From the IMG/VR virus record IMGVR_UViG_3300019135_000051, positions 1 through 53,953 of that record: a stretch of 53,953 nucleotides of DNA; one strand, 5' to 3'. Source of the stretch: a virus (Duplodnaviria; Caudoviricetes). The notes below the pieces were generated by a model. The model worked only from the letters and a program-made list of their open reading frames with translations, was not told the DNA's origin and searched no databases. This document shows positions 48,217-53,953 of the stretch, in pieces; the first letter of the stretch is position 1; each line of letters begins with the position of its first letter. The position numbers and the translations under genes were made by a program.

Positions 48217-49954
48217 TCTTATAGTGTTTTCACATGAATTTCAACAACAAGTTCTGCTGAGTATGCAAAACTCTGACGTTGAAGAAAGAGAGAACTGTTT
48301 TACTGAATATATGATAAATTGCTTAATTGAGGACGGTACACTGGAAGACGGTATCCCACTTTATTACAGAAAGGGTGGGATGCAAATAAATGGCTACTCA
48401 TTTGTTGAAGAGACTGGTATTTTAAACCTTTTTGTTAGCCAGTACAATGCAGCTTCACCACCAGCAAATGTCAGATTAAGTGACTTGGATTCAGCGTTGA
48501 ATCGACTGTTTTTGTTCCTCAAAAAGACTTTAAATGGCCTAAATAACAATCTAGAAAAGGGAACCCCTATTAACGATCTCATACTTAGACTTTTTGAAGA
48601 AAAGGAATCAATAACAAAGGTCAATCTTTATTTTTTAACAGATGGAGTAATCAAAAAAACTTGGAATAAGGAACTATCTTTAGATAACTTAGAGATTGAG
48701 GTTCATTTATGGGACATCGAAAGGTTATTTCGAACTATTACCTCAGGAAAGAATAGAGAAGCTATTGAGATCGATTTTGAAAAACTAGGATATTCTATTC
48801 CCTGTCTTGAGATGCCAGAAAAAAACGAAACATATGAAACCTATCTTGCAATTTTTCCCGCAATTTTATTAGTAGAGATATATGGGAAATATCGTTCACG
48901 TCTTCTTGAAGGTAATGTTAGATCTTTTCTTCAAATCCGGGGAAGTGTGAATAAAGGAATACGTGATACGATAAAAAATGAGCCACATATGTTTCTTGCT
49001 TACAACAATGGAATTTCAGCCGTAGCTGAGAGTGCAGAAATTGTGAAAACTCCTAAGGGTCTTGCGATACGAAAGGTTAGAGATTTGCAGATTGTAAATG
49101 GGGGCCAAACAACTGCGACACTTTACTATGTATATAAAAAAGATCGTGTAAGTCTAAAAGGTGTTAGCGTTCAAGTAAAGCTTACCGTAGTTTCAGATCC
49201 AGCGACTATGGGGGAAATTGTACCCAAAATATCGGAGTATGCTAACAGTCAGAATAAAATACAAGGTGCTGATTTCTCTTCGAATCATCCCTACCATCGG
49301 GCACTTGAAGAGCTTTCAAGGACTGTTTGGGCCCCTGTTGTTGGTGGTATGCAGCGACAAACTAAGTGGTATTATGAACGAGCTCGAGGCCAGTATTTGG
49401 TAGATAGGGGTAGAGAAAATACACTGACTCACAAGCGTAACTTTGATGCGGAATTCCCCAAAAATCAAAAATTTGATAAAACGGATCTGGCTAAGTATGT
49501 AAACGTATGGCAACAAAAGCCATACGTTGTTAGCCGTGGTGCACAAAAAAACTTTAATGAGTTTATGGATTACATTAACGAAGAAAAGATACCGTTGCCC
49601 GTTCAATCAGATTATGAAAAGCTTATTGCATTAGCAATTTTATACAGGAAAGCCGAGCAATTATTAAACGAACAAAAAGATAGATACCCGGCTTACCGTT
49701 CCTATATAGTGGCATACTCTATCGCTTGGATTTCTTATGTAACAGATGGTGAGATAGATCTACATAAAATATGGCGAGAACAAGATATTGATGATTCCAT
49801 AAAAGAAAGCTTAAATTATATTTTTCCTTATGCTAATAAACATATTACTAACGCACCAGGTAGCGGTAATATTACGGAATGGGCTAAAAAGAAAGAGTGT
49901 TGGGATGCCTTCACCAAATTAGATATCGATATTCCAGACTCTTTGATTGAGTGA
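48206..49954 (+). CDS. AIPR-family protein
   Basis: RLLEGNVRSFLQ, FLAYNNGISA, QIVNGGQTT, ANSQN, WYYERARGQY. Confidence 0.92.
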   Translation: MENDLIVFSHEFQQQVLLSMQNSDVEERENCFTEYMINCLIEDGTLEDGIPLYYRKGGMQINGYSFVEETGILNLFVSQYNAASPPANVRLSDLDSALNRLFLFLKKTLNGLNNNLEKGTPINDLILRLFEEKESITKVNLYFLTDGVIKKTWNKELSLDNLEIEVHLWDIERLFRTITSGKNREAIEIDFEKLGYSIPCLEMPEKNETYETYLAIFPAILLVEIYGKYRSRLLEGNVRSFLQIRGSVNKGIRDTIKNEPHMFLAYNNGISAVAESAEIVKTPKGLAIRKVRDLQIVNGGQTTATLYYVYKKDRVSLKGVSVQVKLTVVSDPATMGEIVPKISEYANSQNKIQGADFSSNHPYHRALEELSRTVWAPVVGGMQRQTKWYYERARGQYLVDRGRENTLTHKRNFDAEFPKNQKFDKTDLAKYVNVWQQKPYVVSRGAQKNFNEFMDYINEEKIPLPVQSDYEKLIALAILYRKAEQLLNEQKDRYPAYRSYIVAYSIAWISYVTDGEIDLHKIWREQDIDDSIKESLNYIFPYANKHITNAPGSGNITEWAKKKECWDAFTKLDIDIPDSLIE

Positions 49955-50015
49955 TGTTTACTTTTATAAAATACTAGAGTATTCTATTGAAGCTAAAGAA
50001 TTTTGGGGTGAGACC

Positions 50016-51251
50016 ATGAATTTCATTGATATATTTGCAGGGGCTGGTGGACTTTCAGAAGGATTTGTCAGACAGGGTTTTTTGCCAATTGCCCATGTTG
50101 AAATGAATCGGGATGCTGCTCTCACTCTAAAAACAAGGATGGTATATCATGAACTGAAGAAAAGTAATCAGTTAGATATATATAATAACTATCTCCTTGG
50201 AAGTATTACGAGAGACGAGTTGTATAAAACGAATCCACAGGTTGAGAATTTCGTTATTCAAAAGGAAATTTCTGATGAGACCATTGATTCAATATTTAAC
50301 ACAATAGACAAGAATTTAAAAGAATTAAAACAGAAGAGTGTTGATATTCTTATCGGTGGGCCGCCGTGTCAGGCGTATTCATTAGTTGGAAGAGCTAGAG
50401 ATCCTTATGGGAAAGAACATGATCCAAGAAATTATCTGTATAAGCAATATATAAAATTCCTCATAAGATACGAACCTAAAATGTTTATCTTTGAAAATGT
50501 TCCAGGTATCCTTACTGCTGGCAAAGGTCAGTTGTTTAATGATGTTAAGAAATATATGGACGAGGCTGGTTACGATATTAAAGCAGAGACGCTTGATGCT
50601 TCTGACTTTGGAGTATTACAAAAGAGATTTAGAGTTATCTTAGTTGGATGGAAGAAGGGAACCAAATACAGTTATCCAATTTTGGAAAAGCAGTCACATA
50701 ACTTTCTAGTCAAAGATTTACTTATTGATTTACCAAGGCTTCATCCAGGGCAATCAATAAATTGTGGTGATTATACAGGAGAGCCTACGAGGTACCTGCA
50801 ACAATTCAAAATTAGAGATAAAGAAGATATTTTGATTCAACATATAACTAGGCCTCATAATGAGAGAGATCGAGAAATTTATGAACATGTAATCAATACT
50901 TGGGAAAAGGAAAATAGACGTCTGAAGTATAATGAGTTACCTGAGAGATTAAAGACTCATAAGAATAGGGAATCTTTCTTAGACCGTTTTAAAGTGGTAG
51001 GTTCTAATCAACCTTACTCACATACATTGGTTGCACATATTGCCAAAGATGGACACTACTATATTCACCCGGACATTACACAATTAAGATCTATTTCAGT
51101 TCGTGAAGCAGCAAGGATACAATCATTTCCCGATAATTACTTTTTTGAGGGTTCAAGAACTGCAGCATTTACGCAAATTGGAAACGCTGTACCTCCTTTG
51201 ATGTCTGAAGCTCTTGCGATGAAGCTTAAGGAAATGATCTCTTCAGTATAA
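50016..51251 (+). CDS. dcm: C5 cytosine DNA methyltransferase
   Basis: FAGAGG (I), GGPPCQ (IV), ENV (VI), QKRFR (VIII), REAARIQSFPD (IX), IGNAVPP (X). Confidence 0.96.
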   Translation: MNFIDIFAGAGGLSEGFVRQGFLPIAHVEMNRDAALTLKTRMVYHELKKSNQLDIYNNYLLGSITRDELYKTNPQVENFVIQKEISDETIDSIFNTIDKNLKELKQKSVDILIGGPPCQAYSLVGRARDPYGKEHDPRNYLYKQYIKFLIRYEPKMFIFENVPGILTAGKGQLFNDVKKYMDEAGYDIKAETLDASDFGVLQKRFRVILVGWKKGTKYSYPILEKQSHNFLVKDLLIDLPRLHPGQSINCGDYTGEPTRYLQQFKIRDKEDILIQHITRPHNERDREIYEHVINTWEKENRRLKYNELPERLKTHKNRESFLDRFKVVGSNQPYSHTLVAHIAKDGHYYIHPDITQLRSISVREAARIQSFPDNYFFEGSRTAAFTQIGNAVPPLMSEALAMKLKEMISSV

Positions 51252-51257
51252 GTTGTA

Positions 51258-51288
51258 AGCCACTTCTTTTTGGAGTGGCTAATTTTTT
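51258..51288 (+). terminator. Terminator of the NurA-HerA-AIPR-MTase operon
   Basis: AGCCACTTC/GGAGTGGCT hairpin followed by a T-run. Confidence 0.7.
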
Positions 51289-51383
51289 GTAGTTATTCCC
51301 TTTGTATGGTTGTTTAATTAATCAATTTAACCTAAAAGGCTTAAAAACTGGGAGATAAAGCAAGTCAATTTACGCATGATGTA

Positions 51384-51681
51384 TGTTGTTACCGCGGGTT
51401 AAAATTGCCCCAGGTTCGCCGAAAAGAAAATGCCCCACCCCTACCTCTCTCTGAAATTACCGACCAAAGTAGCATCAGAGGGAGAGACATATACTAAGGA
51501 ATATGACTGTGATCAGATGACACGAACTTTAAGCGAGCGGCAAGAGTATGCGCGAAATCACAGGAGAAACGGGCTATTGGAAAATACCTCCGCGCAGACG
51601 GAATTCCTAAACATCGTTCACGAAAGAAGAAGGTCTCCAAACTCGATGCGTTCAAAACCTTGCTGGATCAATGGTCCGTAA
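51384..51681 (+). pseudogene. IS21-family left end and istA N-terminal remnant
   Basis: Repeated AAA(T)TGCCCCA near the end; frames read GKSMREITGETG / GKYLRADG...SKLDAFK. Confidence 0.6.
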
Positions 51682-52048
51682 GGCTGTTGTACATGAGCTG
51701 AAGGCATACAAAGCCCTCCGTGTCCCAATACAAAAAAACAAGAGCAGGCCGAGAAGGGGATTGATCAGCTGTTTCCACGGCTGCATCAATCAGAGAAAAA
51801 AACGACCTGAAAGCGAGACAGATCGAGCGGGCACTTAAATACCCAATGGATGATGATTATCGGGGAAAGTACCTCAGCCCTGCCAGAGTGAATGACATCA
51901 ACGTTTACTTGGAGCTGGGTCTGATTGAAAGACCAACTCTATATTAAAAAGTGAGAGGCGATATTCCAACTCCCGACGGCACTCAGGATCATTTGAGCCC
52001 TTTTATTTTAATCATTTATAGCATTGTTTAGGTTGCGTGTGATGTGTA

Positions 52049-52435
52049 TCATTTTGGTTCTACATTAATATCCCAACTAAAACTATCTGAAATATTTTCA
52101 TACTGAGCAAAGATCGTGACATTGTGTATACCCGGTTCCTTAAAAGTAACAATAAATTTATAATTCCCATTCTCTGCTTCTTCCATTAAACAATTTCGAG
52201 CTTCACCACTATCAACGTAAAAGAATGTCGCATTGACATTTTTCAAAGGAATGTTGTTCAAACTGATGTGGCCTGTTATTTGTAGTGGCTTACCTACGAC
52301 GATACGGCCTGTGTTTTGTGCAGCCGCTTGAAAGTAAAATACCATTTTCGGTGATGTATCTACTATAAAACTCAGCGGAATCAAGAGCGCAAATAAGATG
52401 GGTAGGAATATCGTCAATAAAGAAGACTTAAACAT
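52049..52435 (-). CDS. Membrane-anchored Ig-like (YtkA/FixH-like) protein
   Basis: N-terminal TM; EAENGNYKFIVTFKEPGIHNV; RBS GGAGG. Confidence 0.6.
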   Translation of the reverse strand: MFKSSLLTIFLPILFALLIPLSFIVDTSPKMVFYFQAAAQNTGRIVVGKPLQITGHISLNNIPLKNVNATFFYVDSGEARNCLMEEAENGNYKFIVTFKEPGIHNVTIFAQYENISDSFSWDINVEPK

Positions 52436-53635
52436 GAATAACCTCCAAAAGTTAATTATTAATTCTGAGTAGTAATTTAAATGTAAAGACGTGGCTAATA
52501 GAAAAATTGTTACTACCTAAAATTTACATATTGAAGAATACTACTTCTACTGTCAAGGTGTTTTTTGCAAAAAAATTAAGAGGCGGACAAAAATCAGGAC
52601 AAAATCCGGATAAATATTTTGAAGAAAAATGAGGAAAATTATACTCCCTATTCATATTGCGATTTTCTAAAGCTCAGAGAGGGCGACCAACCCCGAAAAT
52701 TGACGCTGTACAAAAAGACAACAGGATAAATGAATAAAAAATGCAAGTTCCCCGCTACGACCATCGCAAGACCGACTAGAGTTCAGATAGGTGTCGCAAG
52801 AAGAGCGGTGGCTTTCCTGCCGTTCATTGATGATTCGAAAGCCTTCCGTGACAAGGTTCTGGCGGATTCTGCGAATGGTTTATATAGGTTCTAGGGTGAA
52901 TGGAACTGGGTTGACGATAAACGGGACGCAATATATGATGTTAAAGATTTAGCAGCTGTTCGAATGACCAACACGTCTGGATATGGGGTTTACTCAAGTT
53001 ATGCGAAGGACAAGGGATGAATTTGGCAATCAAACTGGCTATGTTGATAACCATGGAAACCATACCCCCAAAAAATTCAAACGTAACAAAAAGTTTGAAT
53101 ATTCAGCAGGTGTGTATATAACTAAATTGATACCGATGAATTTGTAAGAACAGGTCCTTTTATTTACAATACAGACAGTGGAAGAATAACACAACTGCAT
53201 TGGCAAAGATCAAGTGGTGGTAGAACCATCAATTAATTAATTTCTTATAAAAATGTGGTATTTATTGTCCAACGATTCTTTTTATCTGATATTGCAGACA
53301 ATGTAAATACATTGCTGACTTTTACTTGTGGATGGTGATCAAGGTGAGTGAAAGGAAAATATATGTAATAATCCTGATAGGGTTTTCAATCGTGTCTTTT
53401 GTTATTTTGGCAAATTATTTTAAGACAAGTCAGCCGTTATCAGATTTTTTAGTATTAGTGATAACTACTCATTTAATAATCGATAAGTTAGACTTGCCAA
53501 AATATTTTCGTGATAAACTGTAGAATTTTAAAAATTAAAAGCAAAAGTTAAGCATCGAACTTTCGAACCCTATGTAATAACTATACCCCTGTTATAATTT
53601 CGAAAAGTAACAGAGGAAGAATCGCTGATTGGCAG

Positions 53636-53953
53636 GTGCTGCCGCGAAAAGCGATTACCGAACGGTCACCGAGGCCAGGTACGGAAGAAGAGTTGTACGT
53701 GAAGTTCGTGGTGGAAGAGTGGATGAAGCGAGAAGTGCCGATCGTATCCGGCGGACAAGGGATCTATACCTTGTTGTTTACCACCAAGTATATCTTCGAC
53801 CGCGCCAGCGAGATTGCCGAACTTCGCTTAGAAAACGAAGAACAGTTAAAAGAATGGCGTGAGAAGCGCCGGCGTGGCAACGTGAAGGTTGAGTTGGATC
53901 ATCACTACGTGGATCTGGCCAAGCGTGTGGTGAGGATTGAGGGGCATGAGTAA
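53636..53953 (+). CDS. Hypothetical protein
   Basis: 105-aa ORF ending at the window end; start uncertain. Confidence 0.5.
   Translation: MLPRKAITERSPRPGTEEELYVKFVVEEWMKREVPIVSGGQGIYTLLFTTKYIFDRASEIAELRLENEEQLKEWREKRRRGNVKVELDHHYVDLAKRVVRIEGHE

Noticed and set aside
42669-51681. Composite IS21 transposon carrying the defence operon
   Set aside because: Both IS copies are fragmentary, I could not show they are the same element, and no target duplication was seen.
51700-53530. Coding-like fragments at 51800-51946, 52750-53240 and 53326-53523
   Set aside because: Interrupted by stops or lacking good starts, and no family was recognisable; probably decayed genes.

Overview
The window holds an apparently near-complete ~42 kb temperate HK97-type siphovirus prophage (1 to ~42311), followed by a ~11.6 kb AT-rich degraded island. 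The host is a spore-forming Firmicute, probably Paenibacillaceae (inferred from sigma-A promoters, a Cheo/SOS box and a YolD gene). The prophage sits at the 3' half of a tRNA-Val(GAC); attR is at 42267-42311 and attL should lie just left of the window. Module order: integrase/ImmA/repressor, Cro/Xis, a PolA-type replication cassette (DUF2800, DUF2815 SSB, MazG-like, PolA, VapE primase-helicase, putative origin, VRR-NUC, SNF2), RinA-like activator, HNH/TerS/TerL, head, tail (with a -1 frameshift), lysis, morons, and an FtsK/replication-relaxation/pilin-like module. Right of attR are a second integrase remnant, IS21 debris and an intact four-gene operon: (EcoRII-N/B3-like domain)-NurA, HerA, AIPR and a C5 DNA methyltransferase. 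This operon is the best candidate for an undescribed restriction-like defence system. Notable non-coding items are a type II hammerhead ribozyme (3656-3721) and a five-operator, convergent-promoter genetic switch. All protein assignments come from motif recognition by eye; no database searches were run.
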